A stretch of DNA of 64,000 nucleotides from Candidatus Deferrimicrobiaceae bacterium (GCA_963792415.1 CAWBVY010000008.1:32001-96000), one strand, 5' to 3'; positions 30,105 through 43,323 are shown, counted from the stretch's first letter. The notes: generated by a model not told the origin, from the letters alone. Program-made: numbers and translations.

Positions 30105-31301
30105 CTACTTCTTCTCGCCCTTGGCGGGGGCGGGCGGCGGGGTTGCCGGCTTCGCTTCGCCTTCCGCGGCGGCGTGCGTCGGGTTGACGCGAACCCCGGT
30201 CTTTACCTTCTGGACCCCCTCGACCACGACCCTCTCGCCGGGTTTCAATCCCTCGTCGATGACCCACAGGGAGCCGACCCGCTCCGCGGGAGTGACCGGC
30301 CGGAGCTCGACGACGTTGTCACTGCCCACCACCGCGACGAGGAACTTCCCCTGCACCTCCGTCACCGCGCGCTGCGGGACCAGCAGCGCCCCCTTCTTCG
30401 TCTCCATGGTCGCCCGGACGGTTCCGTACTGGCCGGGGCGCAGCAGGTTGCCCGGGTTGGGGAAGAGCGCCCCGACCCGGATCGTGCCGGTCTTCACGTC
30501 GACCTGCCGGTCCGACAGGGAGAACTTCCCTTTGTGGGGGTGGACGCTGCCGTCGGCGAGGATCAGTTCGAGCGGGATGGCGTCCGCGGACCGTTCTCCT
30601 CCCCGTTTGTCCCTTCCCCGCCGGAACTTCATGTACTCCTGTTCGCTGACCGCGATGTACGCCTTGATGGGGTCCACCGTCGACACGGCGGTCAGTTCCT
30701 GGATCTGTCCCGGGCCCACCAGGTTCCCGATCTGGGCCTTCGCGATGCCGGCGATGCCGTCCACCGGCGAGGCGATCCGCGTGAACCCCAGGTTCAGACG
30801 CGCGGTCTCCAGCTGTGCCTTCGCGCTTTCGACGGACGCCCGGGTCGACAGTTCGGCGCCGATGCTGTCGTCCAGGTCCTTCTGGCTTACGGCGTTCTTC
30901 TCCGCCAGCGGCCTGACGCGGGCCAGGTTCGCCTTGGCCGTTTCCCAGCGCGCTTCCGCCTGGGCCAGGGAGCCCGCGGCCGCGTCCACGGCGGCCTGGA
31001 AGGTGCGCGGGTCGATCTCGAAGAGGACCTGCCCCTTCCGCACGAGTTCCCCTTCCCGGTAATCCTGCTTCACCAGGTAGCCGGTCACCTGGGCCTGGAT
31101 CGTCGCGTTCACCAGCCCGTCGGTGGTTCCGACCCACTCCGTGTAGATCGGGACGTCCTTCCGGATCACCTCCGACACCACGACGGCCGGGGGTGGCGGC
31201 GCCGCCGCCTTCTCCTCCTTGCCGCATCCGGCCGCGAGAAGCAGCGCCAGGCAGGACCCGACGAAGGCGGAACGTCGAAGGATACCGGGACAGGGAAGCA
31301 C
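30105..31301 (-). CDS. RND membrane-fusion (periplasmic adaptor) lipoprotein
   Basis: LAAGC lipobox, QVTGYL, IASPVDG, LRPGQY, VPQRAV. In-frame GTG at 31301; the RBS-associated ATG at 31323 is out of frame by one base. Confidence 0.9.
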   Translation of the reverse strand: MLPCPGILRRSAFVGSCLALLLAAGCGKEEKAAAPPPPAVVVSEVIRKDVPIYTEWVGTTDGLVNATIQAQVTGYLVKQDYREGELVRKGQVLFEIDPRTFQAAVDAAAGSLAQAEARWETAKANLARVRPLAEKNAVSQKDLDDSIGAELSTRASVESAKAQLETARLNLGFTRIASPVDGIAGIAKAQIGNLVGPGQIQELTAVSTVDPIKAYIAVSEQEYMKFRRGRDKRGGERSADAIPLELILADGSVHPHKGKFSLSDRQVDVKTGTIRVGALFPNPGNLLRPGQYGTVRATMETKKGALLVPQRAVTEVQGKFLVAVVGSDNVVELRPVTPAERVGSLWVIDEGLKPGERVVVEGVQKVKTGVRVNPTHAAAEGEAKPATPPPAPAKGEKK

Positions 31302-31477
31302 GTCGCATTCCAGGGAGAAACATAGACCCTCCTGCAACCGGAAATTCTTGATGGGATGAATCTTTTCCCCGCGATGCAAACGACCGATCGCCTTCGCAGA
31401 ACGCGTTATTTTGACATCGTTCCATGAGCGCGACAAGGGGGTCCGCACTCCTCCCCTTATTTGCGAACGTGCGGGCG

Positions 31478-32929
31478 TCAGTAGAGAAAGGCGAACCACG
31501 GCACGCCGATCAGCAGGTAGGCGGCGATGAAGATCGCACCGAAAATCGCTCCCATCCGCCAGTAGTCGGCGGAGGGGAGGTACCCGCTGCCGTAGTAGAC
31601 CGGGGACGGGCCGGTGGCATACGGGGTCTGGATTCCCATGATCCCCAGCGTTCCGCACAGCATCATGGCGAACTGCGGCATGTCGATCCCGGGGATCGCC
31701 GAACCGACGGCCAGCATCACCGGCAGCACCGCGGTGACGTGCGCGGTCACGCTGGCGAACATGTAGTGGATGAAGAAGAACATCAGGGTCAGCAGGATCA
31801 TGGCCATCCGCGGCGAGAGTCCGGTCATGTGACCGCCGATCACCTGTGCGAACCATTTGACGAAACCGACCTGGGAGAGTCCCGACGCCAGCGTCACCAG
31901 GGTGCCGAACCAGATCAGCGTGTTCCAGGCCTGCTTGTTGGCCAGGATGTCGTCCCAGGTCACCACCCGCAGGAAGACCATCAGAGCCATCACCGTGATG
32001 GCGACGGTGGTCGCGTCGATGAATCTTCCGCCGAAGATCCACAGGCCGAGCGCGATCAGCACCAGCACCGCGAGCAGCTTTTCTTTGCCGGTCATCGGCC
32101 CCTGCTTCTCCAACTCTTTGGCGGCCCAGGCCGGCACCTCCGGACCGCCCTTGACCCCCGGCGGGTAGAGGACGTAGCCGATCAGAGGCAGCGTTATCAG
32201 CATGAGGATGCCGAAGGGTGCCATGGCGCCGAACCACTGCACCCAGCTGATCTGTACGTTGCTGGTCTTCCTCACCAGCTCGACCGCCAGCGGATTGGGC
32301 GCCAGGCCGGTCAGGAACAGGGTGCTGGTGACGCACGTCGCCGATATCGCCATCCACATCAGGTAGGAGCCCATGCGCCGCGCCGAAGGGTCGTTGGGTT
32401 TGGAATCGTACAGCTCCGGCAGGTTGCGGATCACGGGGTAGATGGTGCCGCCGCTGCGGGCGGTGTTGGACGGCGTGAACGGCGCGATGATCAGGTCGGC
32501 GATGGTGACCGCGTAGCCCAGCGTCAGGGTGCGCTTCCCCATCAGCTTCACCAGTTGCAGCGCGATGCGCTTTCCCAGTCCGCTCTTCTCGTAGCCGAGG
32601 GCGAACATGAACGCCGCGAAGATCAGCCACACGGTGGAGTTGGAAAAGCCTGACAGCCCCCACTTGATCGCCTCGGCGGCCGGCTTGAATCCGGCCTTGG
32701 CGAGCTGCTCGGGAGTGAAGAGGACGAACCGCGACAGGACCATCACCAGCACGACGCCGATCAACCCCACGACGGCCCCGGGGAGATTCTCGATGATGAG
32801 ACCGGCGATGACGCCGGCAAAGATGGCGAAGTAGTACCAGGCGTGGGGAGCCAGTCCCTCCGGCGGCGGGATCAGCGCCAGTACGACAGCCACACTGACG
32901 GGAGCGAAATGTTTCCAGGTGATTTTCAC
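31478..32929 (-). CDS. DASS-family di/tricarboxylate antiporter (CitT/TtdT-like)
   Basis: GLGKRIAL, PSNTARSGG, FLTGLAPN, HYMFASVTAH, TPYATGPSPVYYGSGY. Confidence 0.92.
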   Translation of the reverse strand: MKITWKHFAPVSVAVVLALIPPPEGLAPHAWYYFAIFAGVIAGLIIENLPGAVVGLIGVVLVMVLSRFVLFTPEQLAKAGFKPAAEAIKWGLSGFSNSTVWLIFAAFMFALGYEKSGLGKRIALQLVKLMGKRTLTLGYAVTIADLIIAPFTPSNTARSGGTIYPVIRNLPELYDSKPNDPSARRMGSYLMWMAISATCVTSTLFLTGLAPNPLAVELVRKTSNVQISWVQWFGAMAPFGILMLITLPLIGYVLYPPGVKGGPEVPAWAAKELEKQGPMTGKEKLLAVLVLIALGLWIFGGRFIDATTVAITVMALMVFLRVVTWDDILANKQAWNTLIWFGTLVTLASGLSQVGFVKWFAQVIGGHMTGLSPRMAMILLTLMFFFIHYMFASVTAHVTAVLPVMLAVGSAIPGIDMPQFAMMLCGTLGIMGIQTPYATGPSPVYYGSGYLPSADYWRMGAIFGAIFIAAYLLIGVPWFAFLY

Positions 32930-33213
32930 GGTGTCCTCCCTTTCGTCAGAGCGATTATTTCAACAGTACCGGCTGTTTGTGCCCTCCGTGGAGCGGAACT
33001 TCGATAAGTCTATCTTTATTTGTTGATTGGCACAATTTTCACCCCGGATGTGGCACAACGGCTCGAAGTCATCGATCTTCGCGGCTGACGGGATGTCCCC
33101 CCGAAAATTGACATCCCGCCACGACAATCGGACAATCCGCCTGTCGGGACGCAAACCGGCAGGCGATCGCCCTCCGGCGAGGGCACAGTCCGGCGCGGCA
33201 TGGGAGGCGCGGC

Positions 33214-34425
33214 ATGGGCAGCGGGTCCATCCTGGTCGTAAACGCAGGCTCGTCGAGCCTGAAGTTCTCGCTCTTCCGCGTGGACGATGCCGCGGGCCTG
33301 CACCTGGCCGCCCGCGGACAGCTGGACGGTATCGGCACCCGGCCGCGCCTGAAGGCCAGCGACGGCGCGGGCACCCCGCTGGTCGACAGCGAGATCGCGG
33401 TCTCGGAGGCGCGCGAGGTGAAGGATGCGGTCGGACTCACCGGCGCCTGGCTGCGGACCCAGTTCACGGGCGAACCGCTGCTCGCCGTGGGCCACCGCGT
33501 GGTTCACGGCGGCGCGGAGTTCTCCCGCCCGGTGCTGGTCGACGTTCCGGTGCTCTCCGAACTCGAGCGCCTGGTCCCGCTCGCCCCGCTGCATCAGCCG
33601 CACAATCTGGCGGCGATCCGGATGCTGCGCGAGACGCAGCCGCAGATGCCGCAAGTCGCCTGCTTCGACACGGCCTTCCACCGCGCCCACCCGCAGCTCG
33701 CCGATCTCTACGCGCTTCCCTGGGAGTACTACGAGGCCGGGGTCCGCCGCTACGGGTTTCACGGGTTGTCCTACGAATACATCGCCACGGCACTGCCGAA
33801 GGTCGCGCCCGGGATCGCGGACGGGCGCGTCGTCGTCGCGCACCTCGGCAGCGGCGCGAGCCTCTGCGCCATGCGCGCCGGGGTGAGCGTGGACTCGACG
33901 ATGGGCTTCTCGACGCTCGACGGCGTGCCGATGGGCACGCGACCGGGCGGGATCGACCCCGGCGTCCTGCTGTACCTTGTCGCCCAGCGGGGCATGCCGC
34001 CCGCCGAGCTGGAAAAGCTGTTGTACAAGGATTCCGGGCTGCTCGGCCTCTCCGGCGTCAGCAACGACATGCGCGTGCTGCTCGAGAGCCGCGAGCCGCG
34101 GGCGCGGATCGCGGTCGATTACTTCGTCTACCGCGTCGCCCGGGAGATCGGTGCGCTCGCCGCGACGCTCGGCGGCGTCGACGGGCTGGTGTTCACGGCG
34201 GGCATCGGGGAGAACTCGGCGGAAATCCGCGCGCGGATCGTCGACGCCTGCGCCTGGCTGGGCGTGACGCTGGATGCCGAGGCCAACCGGCGCGGCGGTC
34301 CCCGCATCTCGCCGGACGGCGGCGCCGTCTCGGCCTGGGTGGTGCCGACCAACGAGGAGCTGATGATCGCCCGGCACACCCACGCCCTCGTGGCGGGTGC
34401 GCGGCGGCGGGACCCGGCTCGTTGA
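33214..34425 (+). CDS. ackA: Acetate/propionate kinase
   Basis: NAGSSSLKF, GHRVVHGG, APLH, FDTAFH, RRYGFHG, HLGSG, FTAGIGENS, PTNEEL. Confidence 0.95.
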   Translation: MGSGSILVVNAGSSSLKFSLFRVDDAAGLHLAARGQLDGIGTRPRLKASDGAGTPLVDSEIAVSEAREVKDAVGLTGAWLRTQFTGEPLLAVGHRVVHGGAEFSRPVLVDVPVLSELERLVPLAPLHQPHNLAAIRMLRETQPQMPQVACFDTAFHRAHPQLADLYALPWEYYEAGVRRYGFHGLSYEYIATALPKVAPGIADGRVVVAHLGSGASLCAMRAGVSVDSTMGFSTLDGVPMGTRPGGIDPGVLLYLVAQRGMPPAELEKLLYKDSGLLGLSGVSNDMRVLLESREPRARIAVDYFVYRVAREIGALAATLGGVDGLVFTAGIGENSAEIRARIVDACAWLGVTLDAEANRRGGPRISPDGGAVSAWVVPTNEELMIARHTHALVAGARRRDPAR

Positions 34426-34442
34426 CCGGGGGGAGGCGGAAG

Positions 34443-36542
34443 ATGTCGAACAGCGTGTACATCACCGGGACAGGGCCGGGGAGCGGAAAATCCGTCGTCG
34501 TGCTCGGGGTGATGGAGCTGCTCGCCGGGCACGGACGGAAGATCGGCTTCTTTCGTCCCGTCGTCGGGGAAGGGGCGACCTCCGACCCCCTGGCGGCGCT
34601 CGTCAGGGGCCGGTACGGGATCGCGGACCCGTCCGAAAGCACGTTCGGGGTCACCGGCGGGACGGCGCGGGAGCTGATCGCCGGAGGCAGGGAAGACGAG
34701 TTGTACGGGCGAATCCTCGAGAAGCACCGGGATCTCGCGCGCGGGTGCGATTTCGTCGTCTGCGCGGGCACCGATTACCGGTACCTGCACGTCGCGCTCG
34801 AGTTCGAGTTCAACGTCGAGGTGGCACGGAACCTCGGCGCACCGCTCCTGGCCGTCGTTGCCGGTCAGGGGAGGGCCGGCGGGGAGATCGTCGTCGCCGT
34901 GCGCGCGCTGGCGGAATCCCTCGAGGAAAGGAAGTGCGACGTCCTCGCGGTGATCGTCAACCGGGTGGCACCCGGTGACGCGGCCGGGGCGGCTGCGGGA
35001 CTTCGGGAAAGCGCGCCCGACGGTATTCCCGTGTTCGTCCTGCCGGAGCACCCCCTCCTCGACAAGCCCACGGTCGGCGAGATACGGACGGCGCTCGGCG
35101 CCGAGATGCTCCACGGGGACGAGCAGCGGCTCGACCGGGAGGTGCTTCACTACAAGGTCGGGGCGATGGAGCTGCCCCACTTCCTGGACCACCTGGAGGA
35201 GGGGAGCCTGGTCATCACGCCCGGCGACCGCTCGGACATCCTGATCGGGACGCTCCTGGCCGATGCGGCCACGTCCTATCCGGGTGTCGCCGGAGTCGTC
35301 CTTACCGGAGGTCTCAGGCCGGCGCCCCAGGTGCAGCGTCTCCTCGCGGGATTGAGACGGTCCCCGGTGCCCATCGTCGTCGTGGGGACGGACACCTTTG
35401 CGACGGCCACGACGGTCGACTCCCTTCACGTGGGGTTCGCCCCGGGGAATCCGAGGAAGATCGCCCGGGCCCTCGGTGTTTTCGAATCCAACGTCGACCT
35501 GGGCCGGCTGAAGCGGCGGATCGCCGTCATGCCCTCCGGCCGTGTCACGCCGCTGATGTTCCAGCAGGAACTTCTGAGCCGTGCCCGGGCGCAGCGACGG
35601 CACATCGTCCTTCCCGAAGGAACCGAGGAGCGGATCCTCAGGGCGGCGGAGATCCTGTGCCTGCGGGATGCCGTGGACCTCACGCTGCTCGGGAATCGCG
35701 GCGAGGTCGAGGACAGGATCGCCTCCCTCGGGTTGTCCCTCGGCGGTGTGCGCCGCGTCGACCCCGTCTCGTCGGAGCTCCGGGAGGATTTCGGAAAGAC
35801 CTATTATGAACTCCGCAAGCACAAGGGGATCTCCCCGGAGATGGCCCTCGACGCCATGACCGACGTGAGCGCCTTCGGGACCATGATGGTCCATCGGGGG
35901 ATTGCCGACGGGATGGTTTCCGGGGCGGTCCACACGACGCAGCACACCATCCGCCCGGCCCTGGAGTTCGTCAGGACCCGCCCGGGATGCCCGATCGTTT
36001 CGAGCGTGTTCTTCATGTGCCTTCCGGACCGGGTCCTCGTGTACGGCGACTGCGCCATCAATCCAGACCCCGACGCCGAACAGCTCGCGCACATCGCCGT
36101 CAGCTCCGCCGATACCGCCCGGAGCTTCGGCATCGAGCCCCGCGTCGCGATGCTGTCGTACTCGACGGGGGAGTCCGGGAAGGGGGCCGACGTCGACAAG
36201 GTGAAGGAGGCGACCCGGATCGCCAGGCGGCTTCGCCCGGATCTTCTGCTCGAAGGGCCCATCCAGTACGACGCGGCCATCGACCCCGACGTGGCCAGGG
36301 TGAAGCTGCCCGGCAGCGAGGTCGCGGGGCGCGCGACCGTCTTCATCTTCCCCGATCTCGACGCCGGCAACAATGCGTACAAGGCCGTCCAGCGCGCGGC
36401 GGACGCCGTCGCGATCGGGCCGGTGCTGCAGGGGTTGAACAAACCGGTGAACGACTTGAGCCGCGGCTGCACCGTCACCGACATCGTCAACACCGTCGTC
36501 ATCACCGCCATCCAGGCACAGCAGGGTGGAGGCGCCGGATAA
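34443..36542 (+). CDS. pta: Phosphate acetyltransferase, long form with DRTGG domain
   Basis: GSGKS, ITPGDRSD, IVLPEG, GPIQYDAA, FPDLDAGN, QGLNKPVNDLSRG; GGAGG RBS before ATG 34443. Confidence 0.93.
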   Translation: MSNSVYITGTGPGSGKSVVVLGVMELLAGHGRKIGFFRPVVGEGATSDPLAALVRGRYGIADPSESTFGVTGGTARELIAGGREDELYGRILEKHRDLARGCDFVVCAGTDYRYLHVALEFEFNVEVARNLGAPLLAVVAGQGRAGGEIVVAVRALAESLEERKCDVLAVIVNRVAPGDAAGAAAGLRESAPDGIPVFVLPEHPLLDKPTVGEIRTALGAEMLHGDEQRLDREVLHYKVGAMELPHFLDHLEEGSLVITPGDRSDILIGTLLADAATSYPGVAGVVLTGGLRPAPQVQRLLAGLRRSPVPIVVVGTDTFATATTVDSLHVGFAPGNPRKIARALGVFESNVDLGRLKRRIAVMPSGRVTPLMFQQELLSRARAQRRHIVLPEGTEERILRAAEILCLRDAVDLTLLGNRGEVEDRIASLGLSLGGVRRVDPVSSELREDFGKTYYELRKHKGISPEMALDAMTDVSAFGTMMVHRGIADGMVSGAVHTTQHTIRPALEFVRTRPGCPIVSSVFFMCLPDRVLVYGDCAINPDPDAEQLAHIAVSSADTARSFGIEPRVAMLSYSTGESGKGADVDKVKEATRIARRLRPDLLLEGPIQYDAAIDPDVARVKLPGSEVAGRATVFIFPDLDAGNNAYKAVQRAADAVAIGPVLQGLNKPVNDLSRGCTVTDIVNTVVITAIQAQQGGGAG

Positions 36543-36607
36543 AGTCGGGCCCGACTGTGTCACAATGGGTTTCAACGCAAGGCGGGAAAGAGGAGCGACA
36601 GGGAACC

Positions 36608-38059
<1,452 letters not shown>

Positions 38060-38095
38060 CCGCGCCGGCGCGCCGCCGGGGAGAGGAGAGCGATC

Positions 38096-39955
38096 ATGCG
38101 GCAGGAAGTCCTCGAGGTCACCGGGCGGATCGTCCGCCGCAGTCGCGAGCGTCGCGCCCGGTACCTGCGGAACATGGACAAGGCCCTGGCGGCCGGGCCG
38201 TCCCGGAACCGTCTCCCGGCCAGCAACCTGGCGCACGCCATGGCGGTCTGCCGGGGGGAGGATCGGGAGCGCATGCGCGACGGCCGCTCCCCCCACATCG
38301 CCATCGTCACCTCCTACAACGACCTGCTCTCGGCCCACCACACCTACGAGAGCTACCCCGCGATCCTCAAGAGGGCGGTGGCCGCGGCCGGCGGCGTGGC
38401 CCAGGTCGCGGCCGGCGTGCCCGCGATGTGCGACGGGATCACGCAGGGCGAGCCGGGGATGGACCTGAGCCTCCTCAGCCGCGATGTGATCGCGATGGCG
38501 ACGGTGATCGGCCTCTCCCACAACGTGTTCGACGGCGCACTGCTGCTCGGCATCTGCGACAAGATCCTGCCGGGGCTGCTGATGGGGGCGCTGCAGTTCG
38601 GGCACCTGCCGGTGGTCCTGGTTCCGGGAGGCCCCATGCGCTCGGGGCTTTCCAACAAGGAGAAGGCGCACGCCCGGGAGCTCTTCGCCGAGGGCAGGAT
38701 CGGCCCGGAGGAGATGCTGGAGGTGGAGTGCCGCTCGTACCACGGCGCCGGGACCTGCACCTTCTACGGCACCGCCAACAGCAACCAGCTCGTCGCGGAG
38801 ATGCTGGGGCTGCACCTGCCCGGCGCCTCCTTCGTCAACCCCGACGACCCGCTGCGGGAGGCGCTCACCGTCGCCGCCGCCGCGCGGGTCGCCGGCATGA
38901 CCCACCTGGGGGAGGCCTACGCCCCGATCGGCCGGATCGTCAGCGAGAAGTCCGTGGTGAACGCCATCGTCGGGGTCCTGGCCACGGGAGGCTCCACGAA
39001 CCAGACCATGCACCTGGTGGCCGTGGCCAGGGCCGCCGGCATCCGCATCACCTGGGACGATTTCTCCGACCTCTCCCGGACGGTGCCCCTGCTGGTGCGG
39101 ATCTACCCCAACGGGCCCGGGGACATCAACACGTTTCAGCAGGCGGGCGGCATGGCGGCGCTCGTCGCGGAGCTCCTGGACGGCGGCTATCTGCACGACG
39201 ACGTGCAGACCGTCGCGGGACGGGGGCTGGAAGCGTACTCCCACAGGCCGGTGCTCGACGGGGGCGCCCTGACGTGGCGGGCGGAGACGGAGCGCTCTTC
39301 GGATCCCGCGGTGATCGCCCCGCAGGGAGCGCCGTTCTCGCCCGTGGGCGGTCTCAAGGTCCTCTCCGGCAACCTCGGCCGGGCCGTCATCAAGGTGTCC
39401 GCTCTCGCGGACGGGGCCGACACGGTCATCGAGGCCCCCGCCATGGTCTTCCACACCCAGGAGGAGCTCGCCGCGGCCTTCCGGGAGGGCCGGCTGAACC
39501 GCGACCTCGTCGCGGTGGTGCGCTTCCAGGGCCCCCGGGCAACGGGGATGCCGGAGCTCCACAAGCTGATCACGCCGCTTTCCGTGGTGATGGACCACGG
39601 CCACCGGGTGGCCATGGTGACGGACGGCAGGCTCTCCGGCGCCTCCGGCAAGGTGCCCGCCGCCATCCACGTGACGCCGGAGGCGCTCTGCGGCGGCGTG
39701 CTCGCCAAGGTGCGGGACGGCGACCGGGTCCGTATCGACGTCGGGGCCGGCAGGCTCGACCTGCTGCTCGACGACGCGGCGATTGCGGCGAGGGAGTACG
39801 CCGACCCCGGCGTGAGGGAGGTCCGCTACGGCACCGGCCGGCATATCTTCGCCCCGCTCCGCGGCAACCTGCAGAGCGCCGAGGAGGGCGCGAGTTCGCT
39901 GTTCACCTACGTCCACGAGAAGTCCGAGGTGCACATCCCGTTCGGGGAGGAGTGA
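38096..39955 (+). CDS. edd: 6-phosphogluconate dehydratase
   Basis: [54 protein letters not shown]. Confidence 0.95.
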   Translation: MRQEVLEVTGRIVRRSRERRARYLRNMDKALAAGPSRNRLPASNLAHAMAVCRGEDRERMRDGRSPHIAIVTSYNDLLSAHHTYESYPAILKRAVAAAGGVAQVAAGVPAMCDGITQGEPGMDLSLLSRDVIAMATVIGLSHNVFDGALLLGICDKILPGLLMGALQFGHLPVVLVPGGPMRSGLSNKEKAHARELFAEGRIGPEEMLEVECRSYHGAGTCTFYGTANSNQLVAEMLGLHLPGASFVNPDDPLREALTVAAAARVAGMTHLGEAYAPIGRIVSEKSVVNAIVGVLATGGSTNQTMHLVAVARAAGIRITWDDFSDLSRTVPLLVRIYPNGPGDINTFQQAGGMAALVAELLDGGYLHDDVQTVAGRGLEAYSHRPVLDGGALTWRAETERSSDPAVIAPQGAPFSPVGGLKVLSGNLGRAVIKVSALADGADTVIEAPAMVFHTQEELAAAFREGRLNRDLVAVVRFQGPRATGMPELHKLITPLSVVMDHGHRVAMVTDGRLSGASGKVPAAIHVTPEALCGGVLAKVRDGDRVRIDVGAGRLDLLLDDAAIAAREYADPGVREVRYGTGRHIFAPLRGNLQSAEEGASSLFTYVHEKSEVHIPFGEE

Positions 39956-40606
39956 TGGAAGCGAAGAGACAGGTGGCGGATCCAGCCGGGGGAGGTCCTG
40001 CGCCAGGGGCCGGTGGTGCCGGTCATGGTCATTCACAAGCTGGAGCACGCGGTACCCCTGGCGAACGCCCTGCTGGCCGGCGGCATCCGCGTGCTGGAGA
40101 TCACGCTGCGCACGCCCGTGGCCGTGGAGTCGATCCGTGCCATCCGGCGCGAGGTCCCCGACGCGATCGTCGGCGCCGGCACCGTGACGCGCGGCGAGGA
40201 GCTGGACGCGGTCGCCGCGGCCGGGGCGGCCTTCGCCATCAGCCCGGGACTGACCGCGGAGCTGCTCGACGCGGCCAATCGGGGCCCCATCCCCCTGATC
40301 CCCGGCATCGCGACGGTATCGGAGCTGATGACCGGGGTGGCGCGGGGGTACGACCACTTCAAGTTCTTCCCGGCCGAGGCCGCGGGCGGCGTGAGGATGG
40401 TCCAGGCCATCGCCGGGCCCTTCCCCGGGATCACCTTCTGCCCAACGGGAGGGATCACGCCGGCCAACTACCGGGAGTACCTCGCGCTGGACAACGTCGC
40501 CTGCGTCGGCGGCTCGTGGGTCGCGCCGCAGGGGGCGATGGACCAGGGGGACTGGGCGCGGATCACGGCGCTCGCGCGCGAGGCCGTCGGAAGATCGGGG
40601 CGGTGA
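39955..40606 (+). CDS. eda: KDPG/KHG aldolase (5' end carries a probable 1-base insertion)
   Basis: LEITLRT, GAGTV, ISPG, KFFPA, FCPTGG; [18 protein letters not shown] upstream of the 40013 ORF matches the Eda N-terminus, and ATG 39955 overlaps the edd stop but is one base out of frame. Confidence 0.92.
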
Positions 40607-40610
40607 GGCG

Positions 40611-41597
40611 ATGATGATCCTGGCGGGAGACATCGGCGGCACGAACACGAGGCTGGCGTTCGTCGACGCAGCCTCGGGGGGGATGCGGATCCTCGTCAAG
40701 AAGACCTTCCCGAGCCGCGAGCGGTCGAGCCTCGAAGCGGCGCTCGCGGAGTTCCTCTCCCTGCACCGCGCCGCTTTCACCAGGGCTTCCTTCGGCATCG
40801 CCGGCCCGGTGCGCAACGGACGCTGCGAGGCCACGAACCTCCCCTGGGTGGTCGACGCGAAGAGCGTCGCGAAGCGGCTGCGCCTGAAGCGCGTCGGCCT
40901 GATCAACGACCTGGTGGCCAACGCCTACGGGATCGCGACGCTCCGGGCGAAGGACTTCGTCACCCTGAACAGAGGCGCCCGCAACGCAAAAGGGAACCAG
41001 GCGCTCATCTCCGCCGGCACGGGCCTCGGCGAGGCGGGCCTGCTCTGGGACGGCAAGACGCACCGGCCGTTCGGCTCGGAGGGCGGGCACGCGGACTTCG
41101 CCCCCCGCAACCGCCTCGAGATGGAGTTTCTCGACCACCTGATGAAGCGCCACGGGCGGGTGAGCTACGAGCGACTCGTCTCGGGGCCGGGGATCGTGAA
41201 CGCGTATCGCTTCCTGAGGGACACGGGGAAGGGCGAGGAGCCGCCCTGGCTGGCGGAGCAAATGCGCCACGGCGACCCGGCTCCCGTCATCTCGCAGCAC
41301 GCCCTGGACGGGAAGAGCCCGCTGTGCGTCCAGGCGCTCGATCTCTTCGTGTCCGTCTACGGCGCCCAGGCCGGAAACCTGGCGCTCACGATCATGGCGA
41401 CCGGCGGCGTGTACCTGGGCGGCGGCATCGCCCCGAAGATCGTCTCGAAGCTGAAGGAGCCCGGGTTCATGAACGCGTTCACGGCGAAGGGGCGGCTGAG
41501 CCCGCTGCTCAGGGACATCCCCGTCCGGGTGATCATGAACCCGCAGACCGCCCTCCTCGGCGCCGCCCGACACGCTGCGTTGGGGCTGGCGGAATGA
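40611..41597 (+). CDS. glk: Glucokinase (Glk family)
   Basis: GDIGGTNTR, INDL, AGTGLGE, SEGGH, SYERLVSGPG, GGVYLGGGI. Confidence 0.94.
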   Translation: MMILAGDIGGTNTRLAFVDAASGGMRILVKKTFPSRERSSLEAALAEFLSLHRAAFTRASFGIAGPVRNGRCEATNLPWVVDAKSVAKRLRLKRVGLINDLVANAYGIATLRAKDFVTLNRGARNAKGNQALISAGTGLGEAGLLWDGKTHRPFGSEGGHADFAPRNRLEMEFLDHLMKRHGRVSYERLVSGPGIVNAYRFLRDTGKGEEPPWLAEQMRHGDPAPVISQHALDGKSPLCVQALDLFVSVYGAQAGNLALTIMATGGVYLGGGIAPKIVSKLKEPGFMNAFTAKGRLSPLLRDIPVRVIMNPQTALLGAARHAALGLAE

Positions 41598-41606
41598 CGA
41601 CGAAAT

Positions 41607-41620
41607 GGCGAAATATCGCC
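41607..41620. promoter_or_regulatory. Palindrome upstream of the sigma-54 activator gene, same core as the downstream enhancer sites
   Basis: GGCGA-AATA-TCGCC (CGA-N4-TCG core). Confidence 0.45.
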
Positions 41621-41666
41621 ACCGACGGGGTGTTCTTCAAATATGGGGCATAGTACGATATCCGGC

Positions 41667-43292
41667 ATGAAACAGAACATCCTCCCGACGGCAGCGCCCC
41701 CCGCCCCCCCGCGTCGCTCCCTGGAAGGGCGCCTGCGATTCGAGACGCTGCTGGCCGATCTGTCGGCACGTTTCGTCAACCTGCCGGCGGACCAGCTGGA
41801 TGCCGCCATCGAGGATGCCCAGCGACGGGTTTGCGAATGCCTGGACCTCGATCTCTCCCTGCTCTGGCAGCTGCCCCCGGACCATACGGACACGATGTTC
41901 CTGACCCATAGACATCTGCCCCCGGGGTTTCCTCCCTTGCCGGAGGCCTGGGACTGCAAGGAGAATTTTCCGTGGGCCCTGGAGAGATTCCTCGTGGGCG
42001 AGACCATCGTCCTGTCCCGGATGACGGATGCTCCCGCCGAGGCCGCTCTCGACGTGGAGGTCGTGCGCCGGTTCGGCGTCAAATCGCTCGTGGCCATCCC
42101 ACTGGCCACGGGGGGCGGTCCGACCTTCGGCGCGCTGAATTTCGATGTCGTCCGGGAAGAGCGGGAGTGGCCGTCGGAACTCGTCGCCCGGCTGAAGCTT
42201 GTCGCGGACGTGTTCGCCAACGCCCTCGCCCGCAAGCGCGATGAGGAGGCGCTGCGGGAAAGGGATGCGCAGCTTCGGCAGACGCTGGAGGAGGTGCGGC
42301 GGCTTCGCGACCGGCTGCAGGTGGAGAACGTGTACCTGCGGGAGCAGCTTCGACGGGACGACGGGCACGCATCCATCGTTGGCGAGAGCGACGGAATCCT
42401 GAAGATGCTCGCGCAGGCGAAGCGGGTGGCGCCGACGGACGCGGCGGTGCTCATCACCGGCGAGACGGGCACGGGCAAGGAGTTGCTCGCGCAGGCGATT
42501 CACGACATGAGCGGCCGCAGCGCGAAGACCATGGTGATCGTCAACTGCGCCGCCCTGCCGCCGCCGCTGATCGAGAGCGAGCTGTTCGGGCGGGAGAAGG
42601 GCGCCTACACCGGGGCGATGACCCGTCAGGTCGGCCGCTTCGAAGTGGCGGACGGTTCGACGCTCTTTCTCGACGAGATCGGGGACCTTCCCACCGATCT
42701 CCAGGTCAAGCTGCTGCGCGTGCTGCAGGACGGACGGTTCGAGCGGCTGGGAAGCAACCGCACCCTCACGGCGAACGTCCGGGTGATCGCCGCCACGAAC
42801 CACGACCTGGGCGCCATGGTCCGGGACGGCAGGTTCCGGGAGGACCTGTTCCATCGCCTCAACGTCTTTCCGGTCGAGGTGCCCCCGTTGCGCGCCAGGG
42901 TCTCCGACATTCCGCTCCTGGTCTGGAACTTCGTGCAGGAGTTCAACAAGAAGATGGGGAAGTCGATCGACTCGATCCCCACGCAAGCCATGGAGCGGCT
43001 CAAGCAGTTCCCGTGGCCGGGCAATGTCCGCGAACTGCGGAATCTGATCGAGCGGGCGATGATCGTCAGCGACGGCCGCTCGTTGACCATCGACTTTCCG
43101 GCCGGCACCCGGGGACCGACCTCGATCCCCGTCACGCTGGAGGAGGTCGAGCGAAAGCATATCCGCGAGGTGCTGAAACGCGTGCATTGGAGGATCAGCG
43201 GCAAGGGGGGCGCGGCCGAGATCCTCGGGCTTCGTCCCACCACGCTCCATTCGCGGATGAAGAAGCTGGGCATTTCCCGCCCAAGGCTCTGA
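41667..43292 (+). CDS. Sigma-54-dependent enhancer-binding protein (GAF + AAA+ + HTH, FhlA/NifA-like)
   Basis: [36 protein letters not shown]-terminal [11 protein letters not shown]; N-terminal GAF-like region. Confidence 0.92.
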   Translation: MKQNILPTAAPPAPPRRSLEGRLRFETLLADLSARFVNLPADQLDAAIEDAQRRVCECLDLDLSLLWQLPPDHTDTMFLTHRHLPPGFPPLPEAWDCKENFPWALERFLVGETIVLSRMTDAPAEAALDVEVVRRFGVKSLVAIPLATGGGPTFGALNFDVVREEREWPSELVARLKLVADVFANALARKRDEEALRERDAQLRQTLEEVRRLRDRLQVENVYLREQLRRDDGHASIVGESDGILKMLAQAKRVAPTDAAVLITGETGTGKELLAQAIHDMSGRSAKTMVIVNCAALPPPLIESELFGREKGAYTGAMTRQVGRFEVADGSTLFLDEIGDLPTDLQVKLLRVLQDGRFERLGSNRTLTANVRVIAATNHDLGAMVRDGRFREDLFHRLNVFPVEVPPLRARVSDIPLLVWNFVQEFNKKMGKSIDSIPTQAMERLKQFPWPGNVRELRNLIERAMIVSDGRSLTIDFPAGTRGPTSIPVTLEEVERKHIREVLKRVHWRISGKGGAAEILGLRPTTLHSRMKKLGISRPRL

Positions 43293-43323
43293 CTGCAGGC
43301 TCTCTCCCTGTCCATACAGGGTA

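Noticed and set aside
26861-30187. 1108-aa plus-strand ORF
   Set aside because: Antisense shadow of the RND permease caused by high GC3
30105-32663. 852-aa ORF suggesting a long N-terminal extension of the MFP
   Set aside because: The upstream part is an off-frame reading of the DASS gene; the MFP begins near 31300
33027-33045. TTGGCACAATTTTCAC as a sigma-54 promoter for ackA
   Set aside because: Good -24 box but no GC at -12
33027-36542. 1171-aa ORF suggesting a Pta fusion
   Set aside because: The N-terminal part is an off-frame reading of ackA; pta has its own RBS and ATG at 34443
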